A stretch of 37,084 nucleotides of DNA from Octopus bimaculoides. Taxonomy: Eukaryota. The position numbers and the translations under genes were made by a program. Numbering within the stretch: position 1 is the stretch's first letter; the number at the start of each line of letters is the position of its first letter. Below the pieces are notes generated by a model, which made no database searches, had not been told where the DNA came from, and was given only the letters and a program-made list of their open reading frames with translations. Shown one piece after another: positions 20,346-31,826 of this stretch. Where the stretch lies: contig NC_068990.1 in assembly GCF_001194135.2 (NCBI RefSeq), positions 1,474,661 through 1,511,744 of the forward strand, read 5' to 3'.

Positions 20346-21752
20346 CGACGATGGCAACAACGATGGCAACATATGTTATGAAAATCAAGCTGACTTGGCT
20401 TAAAAGTTTTACTTATAAGCTTGTTCAATTAGTTACGGAATCTTTGTCTGCTAATGTTTTTATGTAAGGAAGAAAAGTTTGTCAAATGAAAGCGGTGTGT
20501 ATGGTGATTTTCTTCTTCTTTTTTTGTCCTTTAGTCCGATTTCCTAGATGTGTGTAGTAGCTGTTATGTTACTTCACCCCATTATTAACTAGTTTGAAAT
20601 TTACTATAAGTAATAGCTTTGTTCGTCTAAACTGATTACATTAAAGTTAGCTTATTTATCTTTTTCATTAAGATTTACACTACTCTTTGAAAAGGCTTCA
20701 AACGTCTTTAAGTAAGTCAATAGTTCTTATTAGTAAGAGAATCATACAATACTTATAGATTTTCATTTATATACCACATTTGCAATTGATAAGTCTACTA
20801 TATAACTACAAATTAGATTCTTATGGAGATCTTAAAAGATATAAACCTACTGCTGTTCCTTCCTTCCTCAGACATATATGTAGACAGCAGTTATTCCAGA
20901 AACTACAGACACTACCCCAACACACATACATAACACACGTATTTAGAAAGTTAAATATTTTTTCACATAATTTCATAACTTTTTTTAGAATATAAACTTT
21001 ATAAACTTTGAAAGTGTCACTCGGTTTACAAGATACTGTGATCTGTGCTAAGCTATTGTTTTCAATGTGATCTTATAGTAACATATATCCAATAAAACCT
21101 TCTCATCCTTACTTTCATTCTCAGCTTATTTAATATCACCTTTCACCATTCTGTTTACTGACTTATCTACTTAATCTGCATCTTAAGCTCTAACCATTTA
21201 TTTAGTTTACAACCTTCATTGAGATGTTTTAAATAATTTTTTGGACTAAGATTTTCTCCCTATATCAAAACAACAGCAGACAAATTGTATTCAAGATGGT
21301 CTTCAGAATAAATTCAACTTTACATCAATTATAGTCACATTATCAGTAAATGCTGGCTTCTTATTCTCAAAAGTGCTTTAAAATGATATTATTTTTAACA
21401 TTTATGTACAATAAAATATAGATTTTCAGTTTATACATCATTAATATCGAGGAATACATTTAAATATATTTATGAATATATGTATTAAATGTGTGTGTGT
21501 GTGTGTGTTAGTGTATATGTATGTATCTCTCTCTCTCTCTCTCTGTATATATATCATAATCATCATCATCATCATTTAATGGTTGCTCTCCACGCCAGCA
21601 TGGGCTGGATGAGGCTCGAGCTGGCAAACTGGAGAGCGGCACCAGATTCCAGTCATGTCTTTTGAATTGNNNNNNNNNNNNNNNNNNNNNNNNNNNNNNN
21701 NNNNNNNNNNNNNNNNNNNNNNNNNNNNNNNNNNNNNNNNNNNNNNNNNNNN

Positions 21753-21810
<58 letters not shown>

Positions 21811-22805
21811 AATATATGTATTGTGCATATGTGTGTGAGTATGTGTATAGGTATGGTCAATCTTCAATCCTTCACTTTCTCTCTCACAGTCTTTATTAAC
21901 TTCTCACAACCACTCTTTCTTCTCTTTGCTCCCACAGTCATGTTTTCTTTGAACGAAGAGAGATGACTTAGAGTAGTCTTGCAATAGACAAGTAATTTCT
22001 CTAGTGCTGGTGCCACGACAAACTTCATGAAGTGCTTCCTGTAAGTTGGCTGGTGAATGTATAGAAACAATGTAGAGTAGAGAAGACTATTTAGTCTTGC
22101 TGAATACATGACAATCTCTCCAATTCCCTCAGTACACCCTGACGAGGAAGAACATCAAGCTGTGGAAACCAAGCGCAAATAGAATGTAGGAATGAAGGGC
22201 AGTAACTTGAATAGGATCTGGCTCCGATGATGGCATTTCATGGAATTTACACCAGTATTAAAAGTGGATGTAAAATGATAATGACAATGACGATGATGAT
22301 AAAACAGTTGCTGAATGCTGAGGCTTTTTCTCAAAAGCTACTCTAAGCTTTACACTTTCCTTTTCTGCTGCTGTGAAATTGAAAACGGGAGACTACTAAA
22401 AATAGTAAAGAATAAAAACTCAGTTGAAAAGAAAATGACTACTACTACTGCTACTACTACTACATGCATGAATTTTTCTTTTTGCCTGTTTGTAAATACA
22501 AACACATACAACACATCTAGATGCATACATACACATACATACACTTATACAAACGTGCACATTTGCATGCACGCACGTAAATATCAATGCTTGTGTGTGT
22601 AAGTGTGTATGTATGGATGTGTGTGTGTGTGTGTCTGTGTGTGTGTGTATATATATATATATTTTAGGATATGCTGTGATCTTTTCAAAGATATCTCCTG
22701 TAACGCACTCCTCCATGTTTTGTGTCTGGTATTTATATGTATTTGTGTGTACATACCATGTATGAGTGTGTGCCTGCTGTATGATTGCTGCACATGCATG
22801 CATGC

Positions 22806-22852
<47 letters not shown>

Positions 22853-23268
22853 TGTGTATGTGGTATTAGTGGTGCTGGTGCTGTACATGTTTATATCCAC
22901 GAGACATTATCATGTGTGCCTGCATGTGATTTTAGCTTTGTTGCAAAACACATGTATGCATGTATGTGCGTGTGTGTGTGTGTGTGTGTGTGCATGTTCA
23001 TGCGTATGCTTTTGTTGCTGTAGATTTTCTTCTGGGTAGATAACAGTTTGGAACCATTTCTACTGCCCATCTGTTTTTTGTCTTAGATTTTTTGATAATG
23101 TCAGTGAGTTTTATCTCTGTTTGTCTATTATTGCACATGTACACATGAACAGCATGTACATCTGTGTTTGCATGAGTGCATTCATATCTATACATGTCCC
23201 TACACACACACACACATACATACATACATATATACATATATACATATGTATATATATGTGCGTGTGCG

Positions 23269-23302
<34 letters not shown>

Positions 23303-23349
23303 TNNNNNNNNNNNNNNNNNNNNNNNNNNNNNNNNNNNNNNNNNNNNNN

Positions 23350-23401
<52 letters not shown>

Positions 23402-24622
23402 CCACGGACGCAGACACATACATACATACACACCTCTATGTACATGCAATCTTGTATAACATTAGTGAAACAAAAGTAGCATAGAAATGCAATTATGCAC
23501 ACCCTAAAATGACAATGCTGCACGCACTTAAAGAATGTGGTGATGCAATAGAAACTTCGATGAAGCTGCTGGAAGCACGATGGTGGTGGTGATAGTGATG
23601 ATGGTAATGATGACGATGATGATGACGACGATGATGATGACGACGATGATGATGATGGTAGTGGTGGTGGTGGTAATGTTGGTGTGTTGGTGGTGATGGT
23701 GTTGGTAGTGATGATGATGATGATGATATAAATTTGTAAAGAGTGTGAGGCGAAAATGAAATTTTCACTTCTTTCATAAAGCATTGTGAAACAAAAACCC
23801 TGTCGGGTAATTAATGCTTACGAGTTTAAACTCTTTCATGACTGCTTTTCTAATGAAACACTTAACTTATTGTGTACCCATAATTTTCAAAAATAATTTG
23901 GAAGAATTTTACGAAAAACTAAATACTTCATTATTAATCTGATATTTGAGACACAATTCTTACAAAACGTTCTTGGATAAAACAACGAGTGGATGTGTTA
24001 ATTAAAATACGAGCACTTTTATCAAAAATGCCAGAGGCATTTTCAGGAAGGTTTGGAACAAAATGTGAATTCAAAACGACTTGTAACAACTGAGGTTGAG
24101 GTGTTAAAGCCAAAGATATGCTGTGCTTAAACATGCAAGAAACTATTGCTAATGTGGCGAGTAATGGTGAGTTAGGAAGAAAAGAAGAGCAGGTAAGTTT
24201 GATGGCTGGTTAAATGGCAGAATGGTGTCATAGAGCTGCAGAATTGTTGTTCATGTCAATGATAATGATGGCAGTGGAATCACTGTGAGTTTTGGGGATT
24301 TGAGTGAATGGATATGTAAGATCAATTATATTATTTGGTAAGAGAGAAAGCTGATAAATGTGAGCTGAGAATAGAAGTATTTGTTAATTGCTAGAAAGAA
24401 GTAGGAGCAAACAGCAAATGAGACCTATTTGGTTTCTGTTCTATGGGTATCTTAACACCTGTCTAAAATCATCACTGTTAGGAAACTAGGTTGAATTTAG
24501 AGAATTCCTTCAGAAAGCAAATATAAATCAAAGACAATACCAGGGGAGTTGTGCAGCACAGGTCGGTGGTTGCTGATGAGAATAAAGAAAACAAGTGATC
24601 AAATGCTATATTGAATTGAAAT

Positions 24623-25651
24623 TTAATCATCAATGTACTTTTCCTGATTATCTATGACTTCCTTCCATCTTTTTACAAGGTTTTTAATCCCATCAATGTA
24701 AAACTCTTTTGGCTTCAAAGCAAAGAACTCTGAAATGTCAGTTTCGATCTCCTCCTGACTTGCGAAAGTTATGCCTCCCAAATGATTCTGTAAACTACGA
24801 AACAAATGGTAGTCTGAAGGAGCAAGGCTGGGAGAATAAGGTGGATGAGGAATTTTTTCCCAACCAAGCTCTGTGATCTTCTGTGATATGATCTTTGCAG
24901 TGTGGGGTCGCACATTGTCTTGATGAAACATCACTCCTTTTCAATTCACTAAAGTGGGTCTTTTTTTCTTCAAAGCTTGGTTCAAACACTCTAATTGCTG
25001 TCAGTAGACCTGAGCATTGATTGTTGCATTAGGTGGTCACAATTCAAAGTGAATTACTCCTTTGCAATCCCACCAGATAGAGAGAAGAACCATTTTTCCA
25101 TGAGGTTCCCTTCTCAGTTGTGGTTGAGCTTTTTCTCTTTTACCAAGCCATTGTTTATGACGTTTAACATTTTGATAGAAGATCCATTTTTCATCACCAG
25201 TCACACGTCTATCCAAAAGGAGTGAAATGAGTTCACAAGAATGGAGAGAAGAGCAGATGTCGACTTGGGATTCACGGTTGCTTTCAGACAATTCATTTGG
25301 CACCCATTTTCCAAGCTTAGGAACCTTTCCAAGTTGTTGAAGATGACAATGAACAGTTGTATGGTTTGAACTAAGATTTATTGCCAATTCTTCAACTGAT
25401 AATGCAGGTTTTTCTTCAAGTAGTGCCTAAAGGAGCTTATCATCAAACTCAACTGAACGCCCTGTTCGATCTTCATCTTCAAGGCTGAAATCTCCACTTC
25501 TGAATTTTGCAAACCATCTTCTGCAAGTTCTTCCATTCAAGCATTCTTTCCCACAAACTGAGTGTATATTTCGAGTCGCTTCGGCTGCAGAGTTTCCTTT
25601 TTTGTACTCATAAAGCATTATGTGCCTTAAATGCTCTTCGGATATTTCCAT
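24623..25651 (-). pseudogene. mariner (DD34D) transposase, full length (~342 codons) with 4 in-frame stops and no frameshift
   Basis: The three ORF-track pieces share one frame; motifs WVPNEL (WVPHEL), VTGDEKW, HQDNVRPH, YSPSLAPSDY; 34 residues between the last two Asp. Confidence 0.95.
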
Positions 25652-25778
25652 GTTAGAAAGGGTTTTAATCANNNNNNNNNNNNNNNNNNNNNNNNNNNNN
25701 NNNNNNNNNNNNNNNNNNNNNNNNNNNNNNNNNNNNNNNNNNNNNNNNNNNNNNNNNNNNNNNNNNNNNNNATATACA

Positions 25779-25814
<36 letters not shown>

Positions 25815-25819
25815 CAATC

Positions 25820-25990
25820 AACATCATCTGCATTGGTTTTATGTCCACTTTTCCGTACTTGTAAGGATCAGACAACAAAATTCATTAACACAGAGTTGCT
25901 ATGGTTCTATGCCTTCCTGGTCACCAAGACCCTCACTTGTTTCTGAGCAAGATATTTTCCCATAGCCATGCCACATGTTTTTCATGGAAG
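25820..25990. mobile_element. Dispersed repeat family 'F'
   Basis: Aligns to 3583-3795. Confidence 0.55.
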
Positions 25991-26409
25991 ATTTTTTAAA
26001 GAAAGAATTGTAGTCTTTTAATATTTGTTCTGTTTTTTATAAAGACCTATCTTGTGGTAGGAAATGGTTTGTAACTGCTTGGTCTCTTCTTCCGATTTAC
26101 TCAGATTACTCTTTAAGTTTTCCTAAAAGTTTCATTAGTCTCATCTTCATCAGCATCAAGAGTGTGCAGATATCTACGTTACCCATAGAGTGGCAAAGCT
26201 ATACTAATCTTTTGTACTTTGGTAGATAAGATTGTTTGGTTTAAATCTTTCATTATTTCTATTATATTTTTCGCTTCCAACATTGTTTCAGCTTCCATTT
26301 TGATAGTTGTCTCCAGCTGGCGAATAACTTTGGTCTTGGAGAAGTTTTAAGATGCCTGGGTCTTGTTCTTACAAAGCTGGAAACTATTAAATATACAGAG
26401 ATAACTTAC

Positions 26410-26585
26410 CAGCCAAAACTTTGTCTAATGTATCTTTTAATAATTTAAAATGCTTTTGTTCAACATGAACGTTTCTTTTGTCATTATTATCTTTTGACTC
26501 CCTTTCAACTGCTGTTTCCTTGCCACTAACGTCACTGGAAGTTATGGATGAGCTGGCTATTGTACATGCATCATTCATTGTCTTG
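26410..26585 (-). CDS. Candidate internal coding exon, 176 nt, product unknown
   Basis: Acceptor AAAACCAG, open frame KTMNDACTIASSSITSSDVSGKETAVERESKDNNDKRNVHVEQKHFKLLKDTLDKVLA, consensus donor G|GTAAGT; the frame closes 7 codons after the donor. Confidence 0.35.
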
Positions 26586-26738
26586 CTGGTTTTAATATTT
26601 AAAAATGATTTGTGCGAAATATATATATATATATATAGCAAGTGACACACAAGGCACAAAGTTCCTAAGAGCATTTCTCTCTCTTACTTCCACATATCTT
26701 CCTTCTTTTTCATACAAATCATTATATATACAAATCAT

Positions 26739-26771
<33 letters not shown>

Positions 26772-26932
26772 AGCACAGGCATGGCTGTGTGGTAAGAAGC
26801 TTGCTTCTCAACTGCTTGGTTCTAGATTCAGTCTCACTGCATGGTACTTTGCACAAGTGTCTTCTACTATAAACTCGAGTCGACCAAGCCTTCTGAGTGA
26901 ATTTGGTAGACGAGAACTGAAAGAAGCCCGTC
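26772..26932 (+). mobile_element. SINE family 'A', fused directly to an RTE fragment
   Basis: GCAGGCATGGCTGTGTGGTAAGAAGCTTGC...ACTGAAAGAAGCCCGTC. Confidence 0.85.
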
Positions 26933-27654
26933 TGCTCTGTTGGATGTGTAATGTCAATGTGAATACCTGTCAGAGTGTAAGTATCTTGAGAGAAAAGCTG
27001 AACATTAGAAGCATCAGTTGTGGTGTGCAAGAGAGACGATTGCGCTGGTATGGACATGTGGTGAGAATGGATGAGGATAGCTGCGTGAAAAAGTGCCACA
27101 CCCTAACAGTTGAGGGAACCCGTGGAAGAGGTAGGCCCAGGAAGACCTGGGCTGAGGTGGTGAGGCAAGACCTTCGTACATTGGGCCTCACCGAGGCGAT
27201 GACTACTGACCGAGACCTTTGGAAATGTGCTGTGCGTGAGAAGACCCGGCAAGCCAAGTAAGATCGTTGCCAGTGCCCCTGGACTGGCTCTTGTGCGGGT
27301 GGCACATGAGATGCACCATTTTGAGCGTGGCCNNNNNNNNNNNNNNNNNNNNNNNNNNNNNNNNNNNNNNNNNNNNNNNNNNNNNNNNNNNNNNNNNNNN
27401 NNNNNNNNNNNNNNNNNNNNNNNNNNATAAAAGACACCATTTAGAGCGTGGCCATTTATGTGCGGGTGACACGTAAAAGCACCCACTACACTCTCTGAGT
27501 GGTTGGCGTTAAGAAGGGCATCCAGCTGTAGAAACTCTGCCAAATTAGATTGGAGCCTGGTGTTGCCATCCGGTTTCACCAGTCCTCAGTCAAATCGTCC
27601 AACCCATGCTAGCATGGAAAGCGGACGTTAAACGACGATGATGATGATGATGAT
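26933..27654 (+). mobile_element. 5'-truncated RTE-clade LINE (ORF C-terminus, 3' UTR and (GAT)n tail)
   Basis: QERRLRWYGHVVRMDEDSCVKKCHTLTVEGTRGRGRPRKTWAEVVRQDL is the typical RTE C-terminus; stop at 27261. Confidence 0.9.
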
Positions 27655-27724
27655 ATATCGTTTGTGGAAAACATAAATTCAGAGAAGAAACATACTCTAA
27701 GATGTAGAGCAGTATAATTTTTTA

Positions 27725-28768
27725 CTGGGGAAAGCCAGTTTATGGGATTATCCTGGGTTTCCTATCCATAAAGGGTTTAACTTTATGGCACATTTTCAGA
27801 CCCAAAAACCTGTTGGCCTAAGACCTCTTCAAAATATGGAGGGGGAAAGGCCTTGTTATGAATGTAAAACAAGGGGATTATCTCCCTTTGCCATTGGCAA
27901 TCGACTATCAACTTCTGGCTGTTCTGCCATCAGGTGGTCTCCAAAAAGCTATGAAGGTATACAGTAGGGAATTATCTTCCTTTGCCATTTGCTATCGATG
28001 TCTGGCTGTGCAGCCATCTTGTGGATTCCAAAACACTAGCAGGAATTTCCTAAAGTGCAAACATGGTCCGAATATCTCTGTTCTGGAGTTAAGGATGCTC
28101 CCTGGCTTGAGCAAGGTTTTTTTTGATTCTTGCACATTCAGCCCCAGCTCCAGCATCAACAGCAACAACAACAGCACCATTGGTGACAGCAGCAACCACA
28201 ACAGCAGCAACAGTAACAGGTGCAGCACCGACATAGCATGTCCATGGAAATACATTGGATGTCCTGGGAATTCTCTCTAGCAATGCATTTCCAACCATAA
28301 ATCCTCCTTCAGGGTCCTGGAAAGGAGATACATAACATTGCTGGCCAGTCATGTCTGGCAACTAAGAGATGATGGAATCTCACACTTGATCTCATGAAAG
28401 GTCCTCGAAAACCCAGGCCCCTACATCAATGGGATGAAGCACTGGAAGTTATGCGTAGTTGAACATGTGAGAATCCTAAAAAACGTGCTCAAGCCAGGGA
28501 GCATCCTTAACTCCAGGATGGAGATTTTTGGGCTGTGTTTGCACTTTAGGATATTCCTGCTAGTGTTTGGGAATGCACAAGATGGCAACACAGCTGGAAG
28601 CTGATAGCCAATGGCAAAGGGTTTTACATTCATAGTTAGGCCTTTCCCCCACTCCATATTTTGAAAAGGTCTTAGGCCAGCAGTTCTTGGGGTCTGATGA
28701 TACACCATCAAGTTAAACCTTTTACAGACTGGAAACCCAGGGTAATCCCATAAACCAGCCTTCCCCAA
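27725..28768. mobile_element. Foldback-like element with long inverted arms (27725-28142 and 28458-28768) and TA flanks
   Basis: Arms align over their whole length, including a perfect 31-bp core (28083-28113 vs 28486-28516); the left arm has an internal ~95-bp duplication. Confidence 0.8.
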
Positions 28769-28786
28769 TAATATATATGTATATGT

Positions 28787-28820
<34 letters not shown>

Positions 28821-28826
<6 letters not shown>

Positions 28827-29020
28827 CCCCCCCCAATCATCGTTTGATAATCAATGTTGGCGTGTTTACATCCCTGTAGCTTAACAGTTTGGCAAAAAGA
28901 GGCCAATAGAATAAACACTAGGCTTACAAAGAATAAGTTCTGAGGTTGATTTCTTTGACTAAAGGTGGTGCTCCAGCATGGCCACAGTCAAATGACTGAA
29001 ACAAGTAAAAGAATAAAAGA

Positions 29021-29023
<3 letters not shown>
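28821..29023. mobile_element. Repeat 'D', opposite orientation to 17992 and 32933
   Basis: GGTGCTCCAGCATGGCCACAGTCAAATGACTGAAACAAGTAAAAGAATA is the reverse complement of 17992-18045. Confidence 0.75.
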
Positions 29024-29061
<38 letters not shown>

Positions 29062-29949
29062 GGTAGGTAAGTAGGTAGATCAATAGATAAAAAGATAAAC
29101 TGGGAGATAAATTGATAGATCAATACATAAATATAAATGAATAGATATGTACATAGCTACATATGTAGTCTGGTTGGAACGTAGGCAGGAAATTCAAAAG
29201 AAAGACAAATTGATAGATAAATAAATAGACAGACAGACAGACAGACAGACAGGCAGGCAGGCAGGCAGGTAGGTTGGTAGGTAAATAAGTAGATAGTTAG
29301 ATTGATCAACAGATAGATTGCCAAGAATGTGTCTTTTGAAAAAGAAACAATGTTGAAAAATTGTACCATGATGGATTGTCTAAGCACTGAAAGGTTTTGA
29401 AGAGTTAAGGAACCTTTGACAACTTGGCCTACTTTGTGATACTTTTGTAACACTACCACTACTAAAAAGTTTAGAAAAATTATTTCTTTTTTTCAGATTT
29501 AAAAGAGAAAAATATGCTGAAGTCTGATTAAATGCAAAATCGGAATGGTTTAATATCGGGAATATTTCACTGTAATTTATCGAAATCTTGTGTTATTAAG
29601 GAAAGCATTTTGTCAGAATCCAATATTTTACTAATTGGTTCAATTCAACAAATAAACACAATGATTGATCTGATTCAAGTAAGGCTCTTCATGTCCATTA
29701 ACCTGAGGAAAGAGAAAAAGTGGGAATGACTGGGTGAAGCTATTATTGCAGCAATATCCAGTGTGAATTGTTGTGGTTTACTGACAAGAAGTAGTGTCGG
29801 CGGTGGTGGTGGTGGTGGTGGTGGTGGTGGATGTGGAGGTATGGGTGAGAAGAGAGGAGAGTTTAAGTGGGTTATATGTACGTAGCAAAATAAAGGGGAT
29901 CTTTGGTATTTGGTACGTAATATAGAATTGTTTTAAGAAACGAATAACC

Positions 29950-30246
29950 TAGAAATGCTATCATCAGCATCATCATCATCTTCTTTGTTATTGTTGTTTT
30001 CCTTATTGTCGCCATTGTTATTGACTTTGTTATTGTTACAGTCTTCATCTTCATCGTTGTTGTAGTCACCATCATTGTCATCATCATCATCATTATCATC
30101 ATCAACATCATCATCATCCATCCGCTTCCACCTCCCCTCTTCCTCCTTCTCCTCATTGTCGTCATCGTCATCATCATCATCATCATCATAATCGTTATCA
30201 TGATCATTGTCATCATCATCATCATTGTCATCATCATCATCATCAA

Positions 30247-30282
<36 letters not shown>

Positions 30283-30455
30283 TCCGCTTCCACCTCCCCT
30301 CTTCCTCCTTCTCCTCATCGTCGTCATCATCATCGTCATCATCATCATCATCATAATCGTCATAATCGTTATCATCATCACTGTTATGGATTTTTTCATC
30401 TTTGTTGTCTTCATCTCTGTCATTGTCATTATCATCATCATCATCATCATCATGA
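29950..30455. repeat. Imperfect (CAT/TGT/CGT)n trinucleotide field with an internal 162-bp duplication
   Basis: TCCGCTTCCACCTCCCCTCTTCCTCCTTCTCCTCAT at 30121 and 30283. Confidence 0.95.
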
Positions 30456-31826
30456 CCATTGTCATGGTTCTTACACATCTACTTTCTGTGCTGTTATAGT
30501 CAACAGCAGTTATCAGAATCCAAATCAGTTGTTACAGGAACCCATTTTCCTAACAGACTAGCACTTTTACATTCCATTTTGGTTATAATTTCTAATGCTG
30601 AATGTCATTTCTGTCACCAACAACTTTTCACAGTGCACTGTGGGCATTTCATACTGGCACCAGTACCAGAGAGGTTGGCATGTCCTTGGAAAGATAAATA
30701 TAAGTGTCCTCTCAACCCTATGATTTCTCCATTTATTTCGGTTTTATTATGACATCATCCATAAAACAGACTTCACTGTAATTGCTACAATAGTTATATG
30801 AGAATCACTAATTGATTCTCATATTACATCAAGAACATGTACTGGCTGGTGTAGGAAAATGGAGTTATTTAGCAAATAAGTAGCTAAGAGGCCCATCCAT
30901 ACGAAAAGCTATAGTTATGTTATTAATGCTAAGATATTTCATGTGAGGTGAATTAGAGATCTAATTATTAGTAATTAGGTGGTGAAAAAAGTATTTGGTG
31001 ATGTCTAACATTAATTTTATTTTTCCGGAATAAGACAAATATGTTTGAAATTCTATTTCCCAAATAAATGAAGATAATGTATACTATTAGCTAATATTGC
31101 TTTTTCCTCACTGTGAAATTACTTCTAGTCAATTTTTTAATGTCCCTTACACTAAATATCAGATTTAGCAAGTAGCATCATAAAGTTAATTGCCTTCTCT
31201 CATATCATATTTACATTAAAAAGAAATCTAAAGTTTCACTCATTTAGTTAGTCTCTGCATTATACGAGGTGCTGCATTAACATAATCAATGCCTCAGAAA
31301 ATAGTAGTAAGTTGGATCACTATATGCAAAATATCTTAGCATAACTAGGAATTTCAGTGACTGACCCTTCCTTCAGGGGTAGAATGTACTTCAGCCCCTA
31401 ACCATTGTTAATGGTCTACAAAGCTAGGTCCACAAAGGAGTATTGATATTACATCTGGGACAGTGCTTTTGCATACATTTATAATAGCCTCTCGACTCTG
31501 AGAAAGACAGTTCTGCCATTTCTTGTTGAACAACCTTTGGTTCAACAAGAACACAAATGATTTATTCATAGTAATCAAATGGTTGTGCTGCACATTAGCT
31601 CACTCTGTCCACTGCAAGGACATGACCTGTATGGGTGCATGGTGTGCCGCATATCAGCTGTCACAATGATCACAGAGCAATGTGAGATGAACTGTTTCAC
31701 TCAAGAACTCAATACATCACTTGGTCCAGGAATCAAATCTACAATCTGATAATCATGAGTACGGCACCGTAACAACTTGGCCACGTGCCCTCATGCAAAC
31801 ATAGATATCTGCATTCAGAAATGGGC

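Noticed and set aside
23493-23784. His-rich and Ser-rich ORFs
   Set aside because: Frames of a (GAT/GGT)n trinucleotide tract.
27858-28280. 140-aa ORF as a transposase or host gene
   Set aside because: It is built from the foldback arm and its internal duplication; no catalytic motif, and the frame is not conserved in the other arm.
29872-30465. 197-aa Met-rich ORF as a reflectin-like protein
   Set aside because: It is an (ATG)n frame of the trinucleotide field; there is no reflectin M/F-D-X5 repeat motif and no Tyr/Arg-rich composition.
30629-30642. CACAGTGCACTGTG palindrome as an RSS signal joint or Transib end
   Set aside because: The heptamers are in the opposite order to a signal joint (CACTGTG-CACAGTG), and no nonamers or TSD are evident; a chance 14-bp palindrome is plausible.
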